A DNA stretch of 64,000 nucleotides from Camelus dromedarius (Eukaryota): contig NC_087437.1 of the NCBI RefSeq assembly GCF_036321535.1, positions 36,024,001 to 36,088,000 on the forward strand, read 5' to 3'. Position numbers and translations under genes: made by a program. Below are positions 24,925 to 39,025 of this stretch, piece after piece (position 1 is the stretch's first letter; each line of letters opens with the position of its first letter). Below the pieces are notes generated by a model. The model did not search any database, was not told the origin of the DNA, and saw only the letters and a list, made by a program, of their open reading frames with translations.

Positions 24925-26860
24925 ATTTTTTTTAACTCAACTTTTCATTTTGAAACAATTGAGATTAACATACAGTTGTAAGAAATAATACAAAAAGATA
25001 CCCTATACTCTACCCAGTTTCCACCAATGATATCTTTCAAAATTATAGTATAATAGCACTGCTAAGAAACTGACATTAACATAATCCACCAATCTTTTCC
25101 ATTTTTTCAGTTTTATATATACTCATTTTTGAGTGAAGTTAGCCTGAAGCAGTTTTATCGTATATGTAAGTTCATATATCCATCACTATAGTCAAGATAC
25201 AGAACAGTGCTACTATCACAGAGATCTTTTCTGTTGCCATTTTATGCCTTCACTCACCTCTCCCCCAAAACCTCATAACTACTAGTCTGTTCTGCAGTTC
25301 TATCATTTTTGTCATTTCAAGATGTTATTATACAGTTATAATTACATGGCATCTTAAGTATTTTAACTTTTGGAATTGGCATTTTTCACTCATCATAATT
25401 CTCCTGAGATTCATCTAAGTTACTGTGTGTACAAATAGTTGATTGTTTTTTGATGTTTACTAGTATTCCATGGTGAGAATATACCATTGATTGTTTAACC
25501 ATTCATTCCTGGAAAGGCACATGGACTATTTCCTATTTTCATTACAATAAATAAAGCTGTGATGGGCGTTCAGTCACAAGTTTTAAATGAACGTAAATTT
25601 TCATTCCTCTGGCATAAATGGCCAACATTTCAATTGCTTGGTTATATACGGTAAAGGCATGTTTTAGAAAAAATTTCCAAACTCTTTTTTCCAATTAACT
25701 GTATCAATTTTACATTCCACTAGCAATATATTTTTTCTTTTTTTATCGTTACCAGAATTTGAGGATGTCAATATTTTTATATTAGCAATTTTGTTACATA
25801 TGTAGTGGTATGTCATGGTAGTTTTAATTTTCATTTCCCTGGTATTTACTGATGTTGAATACTTTTTCATGTATTTAATTGCCATCTTTATGTCTTCTTA
25901 GGTAAAATGCTTGTTCATTTCTTTTGCCTATTTTGTAATTGTAATGTTTATTTAATGCTGAGTTTTGACAGTTTTGTATGTATGCTAGATACTAGTTATT
26001 TGTCAGATGTATGGTTTGCAAATATGTTTCCCAGTCTGTACTTGTTTTTTCATTTTCTTAAGAGAGTCTTCTGCGAACCAGAAGTTTAATTTTGATGAGA
26101 TCTAACTGATCAGTGTTTTCTTTTGTGTCTAAGATCTCTTTGCTTCATCTTAGATCCTAAGTATTTTAATGTATCTTCATTTTATATTTAATATTTAAAC
26201 CCATGATCAACCTTGGATTGATTTTGTACAAGGTGTGAGAATTAAGTCAAACTTCCTCCCACCCTCTCATGGATGTCCAGTCGCTTTAGCATCATTTGTT
26301 GAAAAGTTTATCCTTCCTCCAATAAGTTGCTTTTGTGCACCACTGTGAAAAAGCAGTTGGATGTTTCGTAGTTCTTTTTCTGGGGTCTGTATTCTGTTCT
26401 GTTGATTTATGTATTTATCCTTTTCCCCATACGACACCTTCTTGATTACTGTAGCTCTGTAGTAAGACTTCATCTTCAGCAGAGTGATTCTTTCTACCTT
26501 GTGCTTCTATTTCATAATCGATTTAGCTATTTGGGGGCCTGTGTCTTTCCAACTAAACTTTAGAATAAGCATGTTTATGTCTACAAAACACTTTTTTTTT
26601 AGATTTTGATAGGAATTGCATTAAATGTGTGGATCAATTTGGGGAAAATTAACTTTCTATGTTGAATCTTCCAATCCATGAACACCATATGATCTCAATT
26701 TATTTAGCTTTTTTTCATTTATTTCATAAGCATTTTTAACTGCAGCATATAGATTCTGCATATGTTATTAAGTTTTTACATAACTATTTCATTTTCTCTG
26801 CAGTGTTTGTAAATGGTGTGTGTTTTTACTTTGGGTCTTCATATGTGTATTGTTGGGTGA
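24925..26860 (-). mobile_element. L1MB/MC-like element, 3' 1.9 kb
   Basis: Minus-strand ORFs YYRATVIK...QQNRIQTPE and MKKYSTSVNTREMKIKTTMTYH match the L1 ORF2 C-terminal region; L1 3' UTR at 24930-25600. Confidence 0.88.
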
Positions 26861-29103
26861 TTTTTAAAATTAAACATTTAGATAAATACCTAGTAGAAGA
26901 TAATTTTCAATACATTAGAACTTCCTCCTATTGGTGCTTGCATGTCATATTTCTCTTCAAATTTTATCAATGTTATATTAGGCAAAACATTAAAATCATT
27001 TTAAATATTTTGAAATTAGATTGAGTATATGCTTCAATGCATAAAAATTTAAATTAAACAATATTTTTTAATTTTTTTTTTTTTTAGTACAGTGTTAAAT
27101 ACGTTGAAGTTTTGAAACTGGGGTGCTTTATAGAAATAGGTGTCAGGAAAAGAACTGGCAAGTGAGGTAATGGATAATAGGTTATATTTTAAACACTTTT
27201 TATTTGAGTATTTCTAAGAATTCTGTGCTTGGAAGGAGGTTAACTAAATTACCTTGATTATTCAGCTAATTCAAATATTTAGAGGGTAGATGAGGTAATA
27301 TTCAATTATTATTGGAAATCAGGGTGGAGTTGGAAACTTGTTAATCTATATCTTTAAGAGGCTGGAATGTAATCATTGGGCATCAATATCATACTGAAGT
27401 GATCCCCTAGTGTGTGTGGTTCTCGTTTGCCAAAAGATGTTCATGTGCTATAGGAAGTATCCCCTGTAGCTGCATTCAGAAGGGAAGACTGGATATAAAA
27501 GGGCAGTTCTGTTATCTCTTTCCCCATTTTCCTTATCACCCATTGTCTGAATGCACAGCTACAGGATCAAATGTGTGGACATAATATGTCAGATGCTGGG
27601 TGAAAGATTCATCCATGAAATGATAACCATATCAGGTATGTTTTTGATGATTTTACCCAAGAAAGTCACTTACCAGAAATAGAGTATTTCTATAGTAATA
27701 GCCGCAGTAATTACTTTTTGTAATCTGTGTCGTTTTTCCAATAATGTTAACTCCTTAAATACATAGGCAGAGTCAACTTTTGACTTCATCTGAAAAATAC
27801 TTATTTTTGAAGTTATTAGAATGAAAATTAAATCATTATGCCTTAGTTTCTCCTGTTTTAATTTTGAATTCTGATACAATATATAAAGTGTCTGTTGAGT
27901 AATTAATGACTAGAAGTCTATATGATCTTTAAAAATAGAGAAATCGGTTATTTTTTACTAATTTAGTTTTTTCCCAAATTACACATACACATACATACAT
28001 GCATATGTATGATTTTAAAACATATTTTTGATCACTCTTTCAGTTCTTACTTTACCATACGGCTTTGGGTGTACTCTTGAGGCCTAAACTGCTTTCTTCA
28101 GCAATTAATACCTATAAGAAACCAGCGTGCCCCAGGATCATTTCCGCTAACTGGGTCTCCAAATGAAGTGCTGTATATCAATGCCTTCAGGCTTGAGATA
28201 CACTGTAGGGTTCTTTCTCTGGGTAAATGAAGCATGTTTCTTGGAGCACTGTGCATATCAGTGAATAGGAGTCTAGGGAAAAATAAAGTTCCAATAGTCT
28301 TAATATCTAGTCTAGAAAGAAGTGAATCAGGTGTAAGCTTCAGCAGATAGAAACATACTCAAGATATTTTTTAAAAGGATGGGGGGACTTTCATGAGATG
28401 TAATGTCAACCAATATAATTATCTGAGCTAGGTAGGGTCAGATGACCTCATTTCAGTGAATAGCTCATTGGCCAAAGGGTATTTATTTTCTCTACAAATA
28501 GTTTTCTTGGTACAATTAACACCTGCTTCTTTAAATCATTGGAGAGAGAATCAAAGAAGAGGGTGATTAAATATTAGCACAGATATTGGCTTTAATCTTT
28601 CTATAACTCCTCCTGGTATTAATGTATGCAAATGTACTTAAAGGTTTTATTTTGTCTCTAGAACATGGACTAGAAAAATCAACAGTGCTTCTTAAAACAC
28701 TTCAGTGCTTCTGTGCTGAGTGTTACTAATAGCTTTGTTGTTCTAATATAATTCTCTGGGTACTCCTTTTTCCCTTTGTAATCTGCCTTTCATTAATTGA
28801 AGCAGATAGTCTTATGATTTGGACTCAGAGGTATATGAGGTTTGAAAATATATTCATATATATCTATTAATGAGACCGATTTTGTAGAGAACACAACAGG
28901 CCTTAACGCATCTCAGTACGCGTTTATCTTCAGAATAGTCACTTTAGTTGAACTATACAATTTTTTTTTACCATTCTGTTGCTCTTGCTTAAGTTATCTT
29001 TTTGAGATTTTAAGATTTGCTTTGGGATTGGCTCTGGAGCTTGTTGAATATTCCTTAAAATATCTGTATATGGCATGTTTTTAAAAAATTAGGTTAGTCT
29101 TCA

Positions 29104-29230
29104 GGGGAGGGTATAGCTCAGTGGTAGAGTCTGTGCTTAGCATGCATGAGGTCCTGGGTTCAATCCCCAGTACCTCCATTAAAAATAATTAGAAAATAAA
29201 TAAATAAACCTGGTTATCCCTCATCCCTCT
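29104..29230 (+). mobile_element. vic-1-type tRNA-Ala-derived SINE (camelid)
   Basis: ggggagggtatagctcagtggtagag...ggtcctgggttcaatccccagtacctcc has Pol III A and B boxes, an AT-rich tail, and a near-perfect TSD aaaattaggttagtct / aaaattagggtagttt (29085-29100 and 29231-29246). Confidence 0.9.
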
Positions 29231-30792
29231 AAAATTAGGGTAGTTTTATCTTTATCAAGAAGGCAAAGTCTTTCAAAGTGGGAACAAGTTCATAGGGTAT
29301 ATGAACAATTAGATATTTCTATTCTGCATTCACTAGTCATTAAATCTCTCGTTTGTCAGCACAAGAGTGAGGGTGGGAAGCAACTAATGCAGCAGCTACC
29401 TCCAGTCAAGTCGACCCCAGGGATGCCACCAGTAAATGACATTCATCAGCTCCTGTGGTTGTGTTCTGTTGCTTTGTTCCATGCAGTGATTCCTACAGAT
29501 AGGAGAGACAGATTGCTGCTGTTTTCATCACGATAATAACAGGAAAAAACAAAAGATGCAGTGCTCAAGAGGGTCTTGGGCTCCTCTAGTTATTAAATAA
29601 AATGTATTTCTATAGTTTGCAGAAGTCCTTCTGTGCTTTCCGGCATTTTTAAGCCCTGCGCAATGCTGCCAGACTCCATTTGAGTTCCTCCCACTTTCCA
29701 GTGTTTGAAAGGATGTCAGAACTGTGCTGCCTATATTCATGCCTAAATTTCTTTGTTTTGCTGGTCAGTTAATAAAATGAGTTTTCAGTTCTTCTTACCC
29801 GAATTCCCATACTTATATAACCACGCAGTTAACAAAGTTCTCTTTAAAAACTCATTTTAAATATTTATTAGTTAATTAAATACTCTGACTCTCCTACACT
29901 ATATTCTCTTCCTGGAACAATGCATTCCATTATCTTGCAGGCTCTAAGATTAATTATAATAATAAAATAATAGGAATTGATTATCATAGATATCATGCCT
30001 ATTATCCCTCGGAAACTAAAGTGAATGACAATATGCAATTGGTTGTACACAATTTGACAGTTACAATTGTTTCCTTCTCTTATAACCAAAGCTTAAATTT
30101 AAAAAAGGATATAAATCAGAATGTTTTATTGCCATTTGTAACCTAGCTTAACTGAGGGATACACTTATATATATGCCAGACATAGGCCAGCCAGTGCCTA
30201 TAACATCTTTTTAGAACAGAGTTTCAAACCTGGCCCAAGAAAACACTAAGAAATCAGCCAAGATCCTCTGACTTGGCCCTGTCAGTCTCTTTATCCACAC
30301 TGCACTAAGTTCAAAGTTCCGATGTTTTTTGCAACTCTCCTTCCGAACTTGTCTTAATGTACTTTTGTTTTTCATCATATATCAGTATCAAGTTTTATTT
30401 TCTGTTTATACATATATAGTTTATGAATTGATCTGAGAATATGAGGAAAAGAGACGCTGTTCCAACCATGTGAGGTCAACGATTAGGATCAGTTAATCCC
30501 TATCTTCCCTTAATTTGACATCATCCGGTTAAAATTTGTGGAAAATCATTGACCAGTGTATTTATATATATACCATTATTGATACCATCACTTAGCAAAA
30601 TGAAACGTATGCCTTCATTCTAATACACACCCTCCCTGCACCCCGGGGTTTTCCTTTGACTGTAATGTCAATGGGAGAATAGGGACAGCGATTCACAAAT
30701 GTTAGATCAAAGTACAGAACTAAAACTATAGAAGACACTCAATTCCTACTTACCAAAGATGTTTGAATCTAATTTGATGGTCTAGATTAAAT

Positions 30793-31005
30793 GTCAGCAA
30801 ACTTTTTCTATTAAGGGTCAGATAGTAAAATACTTGGCTTGGCGGGTCATATGGTGTCTGCCATGACTGCTCAACTCTGCCTTATAATACAAAGGTAGTC
30901 ACAGACAGTATTCCAGTGGATACGATCAGCTGTGCATCTATATATATTTACTGACAAAAATAAATGATGGGCCAGATTTGACCCATGGACTATAGTTTGT
31001 CCACT
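30793..31005. mobile_element. MER58A-like hAT DNA transposon
   Basis: gtcagcaaactttttctattaagggtcagatagtaaa...gggccagatttgacccatggactatagtttg. Confidence 0.8.
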
Positions 31006-32449
31006 CCGAATTTAGAAGGATAAAATCAATTATAAATCTTGTGCCTACCCAAAATTAAAATAATAAGTGCATCTAGTTAATTTCAGTTACGTTCATTGGC
31101 CCAATCGTTATACTTTGTCCAGCAAATAAGTATGTATAGTGTAAGAGAGCTCTTATACATATTACTATGAGATTAATTTGATTTTTCCCCCTGATTGTTT
31201 ATTCTTAGTGATCAAGAATGATGACAGTTTATTTTAAAGACATGGCCTATTTGTAGGATATGTCAGATTATTTAGAATTTAGCCCTAGTGTTCAAAACTT
31301 CTCTTCTGTGATTTTATTGAAACATTGTTGATGCTTTTGAACTTTTAATTACTATTATAAGATCTCCACTCAAACCTCAAAGACAATGTTAGATAAAAGA
31401 ACAAAAATGAGCAGGGATATTTGACTCATTATAGTCTTTATTATAACCAAATTCCCATGCTTTACAAATTCAGAGGCTGTAATGATTTTTTAAAAAGCAA
31501 CAACAATAAAAAGCAAACCTGCAAGTAAAATTGTTATTTGCTATCTTTAGTAATTAATTTGTAAATTCATTTATTTATTATATCTCTTTGCCATCTACAG
31601 AAATACAGAGAATTGTAACTACAATTTTACTTTAGAAGGTAGTTGATTTGAAGAATTTTAATGCTTAAAGGAGCCAAAGGAAAAGGGACATCTGTTCTTC
31701 TTTATACTTTTGAAAAGGCAGGAGATGGTATATTAAAGAACCCCTGTGGCCAGGGTTTTGCCTCAGTTATGATACATTTAATTTTAGTTCCCTTTAGAAA
31801 AGATTTATCTGAGTCCTACTAGAACTTAAATATATATTTATTCCTGTTTTATTTATATATAAATTCTAAATATAATTTGTTAGGTTGGAAAGTAGACTTT
31901 TAATATCTAAGCATTTTCAAGTGTTCCATAATGAAACCAAAGTTTTCTAAACTAGATTTCTTGTAACATTAATAATAGGACTGTGTTGACATCCTCTGTA
32001 AAATGATGATGACAGATACCATAAGGATGGTACTAATGTTCATGAAAAAGCTTTGGCTTTTATTTTACAGCTAGTGATGCTGAGTAAATTGCCTTCTTGG
32101 AATGCATTTACTATATTTCAAACACCATTAAAAAACTCTTTGTACATTTCCTCCATCTCCTTAAAATAACAGAATTATATTGTAGAAATGATACAGTAAT
32201 AGATCTTAAAAATCAATACAGCAATCAAGCAAGCAAGTATTTAGGAAACAATACTTACTTTCTGAGTAAGAAAAAATTGTTCTAAGATCAATGATCTAAG
32301 AACAAATACAAATAATACATGCTCTTAATTCACTGGGGAGAAAAAAGTCACTTTTTAAAAAAAATCTTTGATCCTAATTTATGATTCTAATTTATCTCCT
32401 CCTTCTCTCCTTCCTTTACTTTCCTGTTTTAACCATGTCTTCTTCTCCC

Positions 32450-32923
32450 TGTTGGTAAGGGAGGGATTCAGACTCTAGAGCCAGGAGGATAGACAAACAC
32501 AAGACACTGGACACTGGACAGACGAGATACATTTCATTAGTCATGTACTCATAGCCCACAGGAGGACACCCTCCATGCAGGGCCATGCAAGGTTGCATCC
32601 AACTGGAGAACAGAGTGAAAAATCAGGGACTGTGGGTGGCATAATTTTGTAGTATCAAGAGGATGAGATATCCCCTGGTTCCCATGACAGGGTATGCCTG
32701 GCTTATTAGAGTAATTCTGTGGTTTAATTCTGAAATCCACTATTCTGGAGCTAGTAGAAACTGTGTCAAGTCCTCTTTATAAGGAAGATTGTTGGGCTAA
32801 GGCATCTTATCCACAGGAGCAGACCTGGGAAGAGAAATTTGGTTTAGGCCTTTCGAGGCCATTTATCCCAGAAGATGTCAAGTACCACATAACACTGACC
32901 TTTAATTTTAAGCCTTATCCCAC
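32450..32923 (-). mobile_element. ERVL solo LTR (MER74/LTR53-like)
   Basis: The reverse complement begins tgtgggataaggcttaaaattaaaggtcagtgttatgtggtacttgacatc; TG...CA termini. Confidence 0.7.
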
Positions 32924-33259
32924 AACTGACCGATACCTTGACATCAATTTAGACCTTGTTGATGACTGAAACTTTTAGGGAGTCAAAGTGCACCCTTAGG
33001 AAACAAACTAGGCACTAGACCAGAAGGGTGAAGGGCACATGGTGATACTGTCATCAGAGTGAATTTTAAAGGCCCTTTGTGGCCATTAAAGGCAATTGAG
33101 AGAGCTGTGAGGCATTGGTATAGACAGTGCCTGTCCCTCTGCAGGGACCCAGTACACCTTTAACACTTACTTTAATGGATGATAAAGCTAAACTAGTTTT
33201 CTTGACCATGTGTTTGCAGCACATCATTTTTTCCTGTCCTTTTAAGTTTATTGCATCCT

Positions 33260-34380
33260 TATTTTTAAGATGTAGTTCTTATAAGGTGTATATTGTTGAA
33301 ATTTAACCCTGTCTGATAACCTTTGCTCTTGTAAATGTCGCATTTGAACAAGCAGTATTTATAATGCTTACTGATTATTTCGAGTCTGTAGCACTTTCTT
33401 GTATCCTTGAGACTTGAATATTTTTATTTTCTAGAGTTTGTGTGTGTGGGTGTCTGTGAATTCTTTTACACATTGATGACTAAATTAATGTCCACTTTCT
33501 CCAGAGACATACTTCTGCTCTTCACAGGCAAGAGCAAGATTAGAAGCATTAGTATTTCCAGATGCTCTGCATTCAGTTTCGGTATTTGTGATAATGTAAA
33601 GATGGGTTTGAGTTCCTGAAATAGCAAGAACCTATTTCCAATTTACATTTTCCTTCTTCTTGAACTGCCAGCCTAAAACCAGTGTTTTTTGTTGTCCTTG
33701 TTGTTTTTTAATTAACCAGAACCAATCTGCCTACTTCTCTACTTCTTGGCATACTCTGACTCCATTTGTTAACCCAGTAAAGCAAAAGGCTATTAAAACT
33801 TTACTGATTTTTTTCATACTCTCGGCTGACTCTCAACCTAAGGGAAAAAGTATCCCCAAAACTCATGGTGAAGCTTGTTCTATTAAGTCATCTCCCTGAC
33901 CTTGCCTATGCAACACAAATATATTTTTCAATACATATGTGTTGTTGTTTCCTAGTTATTCTCAGTAGCACATTTTATGTGATTTTGCCAATCTACCATT
34001 ACCTGAAAATGAGTTTCTGGTTTTCCTCTTTTCCACCGTGTTTTAACTTGCTGTTTCTCTTATCCATTAGTGCTTAATTGACCTAACCCTGCTGTTTTGT
34101 TTCTTGGATGTAAGGGTTTTTTCCTTGGGTCTTTTTGAACAGCATCTCCACTGTGGTTTCTGTTATTTCACTAATCATTTAAAAAATTGTAAGTATGCAT
34201 ATTTTGTAATTTTAGGAAACTTCAATTATTTCTATTTCTGTGGAAATACTGATTCTCTTATTTTTGATATTAACTCTCATGATTTATAATTTTACATGTT
34301 TTGTTAATTTTTTAATGTCTTCAGCTTCCTCTGTTTTCTTTATACTTCTCAGTGTCTTCTGAAATTCACTTTAAGTCAGA
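33260..34380 (-). mobile_element. Very old L1M-like remnant
   Basis: T-rich sequence with gtctgataacctttgctc and other degenerate antisense L1 motifs. Confidence 0.4.
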
Positions 34381-35602
34381 TAATGTTCATTCAGTACCCA
34401 TTAATTATTACTATTGATCTAGATGCAAGAGTAACAGTTGAGTAAAAAGTTACACGTTGAAGAAGCTTGTAATGGGTTGAAGGAAACAGAAATGTATACA
34501 ACTAAGTATAAAACAAAGAATATGGATACATGAGAATGCCCAAAGTGCTCCTGAAGCAGAGCAGAGAAAGCAATTCATTAGAATCCAGGAGCTGGGAAAC
34601 ACTTCATGAAACAGGTGGCAACAGAGTTCAGTCATTATTCTACTAAAAAAAAAAACCTTTTCAGTCTGTGTACCTGCTGCTATAGTTTTTTGGACCTCTT
34701 TTGTTGGCAGTCTGAGAGTTTTAAGGCTCCTTTCAGCCCCAACTAAATTGTTAAACACTTCTACGTTTAAAAAAAAAAAAAACACTCCTCTTCTGGCCCA
34801 TCAATAGTAAATTTACAACCTACAGGTCAGAATCAAAAGCTTTTCAAAACGTAATTGACAAATACCAGGAAGCATCTCACTTTGTCACAGAAAACTTTTC
34901 AAAAGGAACCTGGCAAATGTGGGGTGAGTTGCCTTCAATCAGGATCACTCCAGCTATTTTTCTCAAACTCGGTAGGAAGATAAGAACAAATTTCAGAAAC
35001 CTGAAATAGTCCTGAAAGCTTCTTACAATAGCATGCAGCAAACAGAGTCCCCACAATGCCATATGAGACAAATTTATATCATAGTCAAAACCCTAGAACT
35101 AATTTTGCAGCACACTAAATCTAGTGCAACTGCAGGTTGCTGTCTAAAATTATACAGCTGTCTTCTGCAGTAGCTTTAATTTTCTTTCCTTCTTATTAGG
35201 AAATTTTTGCAGTTAGTGAGGAAAACTTATTTTGGTTGGTGATGCTTGTTAATTAAACTCATAAATAATATTATTGTTATTTTTATGTCATTTGTGTACA
35301 AATTTATGGGTTTTCTTAATACATTTTAATTTCTACGCATGTATACTGATAAAATTATAACTTGCTTTGGTATCAGGCCTGTACAGTAATGCCTTGACAA
35401 AGATAATTGTACTTAAAGAAATAATAGTTCATAGGAAAAAATGTGCTGCAAATTTTAATTAAGCAACAGATCCAGAAATTTAATACTGTTGCTGCTCTAC
35501 CTTAACTCTATGGGGTTTAATTTTTTAAATATAAGCCTTGGGAATCTAACAATTGCCTTGCTGCTGTTGTTGTCAGTGTACTAATTAGCTAGTCTATCAG
35601 TT

Positions 35603-35700
35603 CTTTTTTTTTTAAAACTTGGGGGTTTTTAGTGTTAAAGTATAGAGTTTACAATGTGTCAATTTCTGGTGTACAGCATAATAGTTCAATCATATATACA
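35603..35700 (-). mobile_element. Very short L1 3' end
   Basis: Poly(T) followed by aagtatagagtttacaatgtgtcaatttctggtgtacagcata, similar to the element at 7570. Confidence 0.75.
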
Positions 35701-38447
35701 CGCAGGAATCTGAGTAGATTCCTGCAGAATCAACACTCTATAAATATGAATACTCTAAAAGTATACATTTAATTTGTCAAAATGCAAGTTAAACATTATA
35801 TTTTATCTTGATTTTCCTTTCTAATGTTTATATCCTCAATGTCAATAGAAATTTTTCCTGCTCTCCTAGATGTTTCAAATAACTCCATATGCATTCATGG
35901 GGAAACAAATTTGGCTTAACATGACTCTTTTCTTGGCAGAGGTGGCATATTCTGGTTTGAAATAACTATTCTGAAGTATCTTGTTTTCAGAATATATATA
36001 TTTTCTTCAAATTTGGGAGAAAACATTCTATTCTCTCTATTCTTACAAATACTTATACAATATAATTTCCAGAGGCAAAATACATATAAAAGCATATATA
36101 TGACCACTTTTCTAATTGTGTGTTAAATCTTTTACCTGATAAAATTAAATTGTTTTTACAATGTTTTTCCTAGTCTTTAGTAAGATAAACTCTAATTTTG
36201 AAATGAAAATCACAGCATACTTTTATGCATATAACCATGAACATACACTTTTCCTGATTAAAATAAGTATTTAATTTTACTCAATATTAGTAAGGTAATT
36301 AGTGATAGAATTTATTTTTTAAAACCCTTTAAGAATAACTATGCATAGATCATGTTTTCTTTTCCAGTAGGATAACAATAAGCATCAAACTTTAAATGGT
36401 ATCTATGCAATAAATAATATTTGATCGATAATATTTTCCTTTTTATCTTTTACTTTAATTAGGACCATAATGTTATTCTCTGCATATATATTTACTAAAG
36501 ATTTATTGTAGTTAAAATTGTCAAATCCTGCACTGATAAGTAATTGTCTCTCTGGTATTTGTGTCTCAGAACATCTGGCCTAACAGTAGCAGTGACCCAT
36601 TCCTCCACTCCAGCTCTCCCCTCAAAGAAAAACATGTAATAATAGAGGCAGTTGACGTCACCAGACAGATTTGATCTTATTGTAGAGAAAGCAGGTGCAT
36701 GAGTGATGGTCGGTGGGAAATTGCTTTAGAGATGTTGGGATAGAAAGGGGATATTTGGAGGACATGTAGTAGAAGAGGTCTCCTCTATGGAAAGCTAGGA
36801 TATAAACGAGAAAGGAAGATGGTAGGAAGAAGCAGGAAATGAGACTGTGGATACCTGTGATGAGGGAAAAGAAGCATCCTATTTGCACTCTTACCTGAAG
36901 CTGATCTTCCTCTGAGGCTTGAGCATAATTAGAAGCCAAACAAGACAATTAGGATCTGCAGATTTATATTCTCCATAGGTGTCAATTTAGCTACTTTCTC
37001 GTTTTTTCTCCAGGAAACCTAAATATGCATGTTTAAAACCATGTCCTAACCTGTTGTTTAAGGTGGTATCTACAAAATTAGTTTTTAATCATTTCTCTTC
37101 AATGGCGTCAGGATTTTAAAAAAAAAAAAAAAAAGGACATTCTAATCGCAATTATAATTTCACTAAGAACAATTCCAGCAAACATATGATTGCAAAGCAA
37201 CTAGAACTGTGTTTGATGAAAAAATAATCCATACTATTACTATTTATTAGAAATTAATGCTTAAAAAGATTGAGAAGTCATTACAGCAGAAAACACAAAT
37301 GTTCAATCTTAAAGGGGAAGTGTGACTAAGATTTTAAGAGGATTTGGATGTGAAAAATGTGTCTGATAGTCGTAAATCCATGAAATGTCTTTGGAGGAAT
37401 GGCAGTCCCTAACAGCTCTCTTTTCTAGTGGGAGTAAAGATAGGTTATCCTTTGATGTTGGAGCTGTGAATGTTAATGGATTTTGGTATTATGGATAAGT
37501 AAATGCTCTGGATGATGACATTTAATAAATGATTTTGAACTTTAATCAACTTAGGCTCACCCCTCTTATATCCTAGTGTTAAGACCCAATACAGTATCGG
37601 AGCAGCCCACCAGCTTGTACATGATTTTGAGAAGGCATGAGCCTACCTTGGTGTATCCTCTCAGGGATCTAAAAGATGATTTTTCAGAAGTGTCTAGAAA
37701 GAAGCTAACTCAACATAGAGAAAAGATCTAAGTGCTCTATCCGAGATTGCCTGCTTTATAATTCTAATAAATCCCTTTTGAGGCTATTGTTCTCTTTTTA
37801 TTTGGAGGTTGTTTTAAAAATCATTTAAACATCTACTGAATTTTAAAAGTTAAAAACTGAAATCTCTAGTTGAGGAATCTGATTTCGAAAAGTGAAATTT
37901 TTGAATTGCTAACCATCCATCCCTCCAGCTGTTCTTCCTCACTGAATATCAAAAGACAGTGCTTAGATTACATGTTTGGTTGCTGATGGCATAAAGAGAT
38001 GAGGGAAACATGTATTTGTGTATGTTGTATGGAAAGACTCCTGTTCCCTGTCAAAATTCTACTTTTGTTAAAACTGACTTTTAAAATCAAGAATGCCACT
38101 CCCTTTATAGGTTTATTGTGAGGGATACAGAATATAACTGGCTTTATTTTGATTTCTGCATCACTGTGAATAGAATCCATACTTATTTAGATTTTATTGA
38201 CATTAATGTTTCACATGACTAGAAATGCGGAGAAAATAAAAATGTTTCAACACGATTGAAACTCTCTAAGTTATCTTTACATATATGAGAGTGAAGCAAG
38301 AATGACACTTGATAATGAAGATCAATATAAACAGTCATTCAAAATCATCTGTGAATAAAATGTTAAGACTGCTCATGTGAAGAAAAGTTGTTCAACTTCA
38401 GATGTAGTAAAAAAAATAATTATGGTTATAAACTTGGAAAATACTAT

Positions 38448-38860
38448 TGTTACTAGGAGGAGGGGAATAAAAGTTAGCTCAGTTCTTAGTCAACCAAAAA
38501 ATGAATTTTTAATGACAGACAGAAAGCATGATATAAACAGAAGATTTTATTAGTAAGGTAAAAAGGTATTAAAATATAGTACACCCCAGAGAATTGGGGG
38601 CGGGCCAATTGAAGAGAGGGAAAAATGGTGCCGCTCCTTTGTTTCTCCTGTCTTACATCCTGGTTTAGGGGGCGATTTTGTTGATTCACAGTTGATGTTC
38701 CTTGTTCTCAGGCACACCCATCCCTTTTGGGCAGGTTCTTACCCAGGAAGCACACACAGAAACCTACTGGAGGGGGCTTAAACTGTGATGTTAATTACAT
38801 TATAATGAAAAGTGGGTCAGGTTAAGCCAGGTCCTTCAGTCTATTGTGCAGCCACAGCAT
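38448..38860 (-). mobile_element. Truncated ERV1-type LTR related to 9200 and 21149
   Basis: TGTTAC start and shared blocks such as taaactgtgatgttaattacattataatga and cacccatccccttt-like sequence; right end lost. Confidence 0.75.
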
Positions 38861-38864
38861 TCGA

Positions 38865-39025
38865 TCCTATACATCTGATAAGTGGTTAATATCTAAAATA
38901 TATAAGAACTCATACAACTCAGTAGCAGTAAACAAATGGATCAAAAAATGGGCAAAGAAACTTAATAGATTTTTCTCAAAAGAAGACCCACAAATGACCA
39001 ACAGGTATATAAGAAAAAGAACAAA
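38865..39025 (+). mobile_element. L1 ORF2 3' fragment
   Basis: Translates SDKWLISKIYK...KKWAKKLNRFFSKEDPQMTNRY. Confidence 0.85.

Noticed and set aside
29104..29177. Functional tRNA-Ala gene
   Set aside because: It has an AT-rich tail and a TSD, and matches a SINE head rather than an intact tRNA.
37429..37500. Possible exon after the acceptor-like ctctcttttctag
   Set aside because: All frames stop within about 70 nt, the donor is weak, and I found no partner exon.
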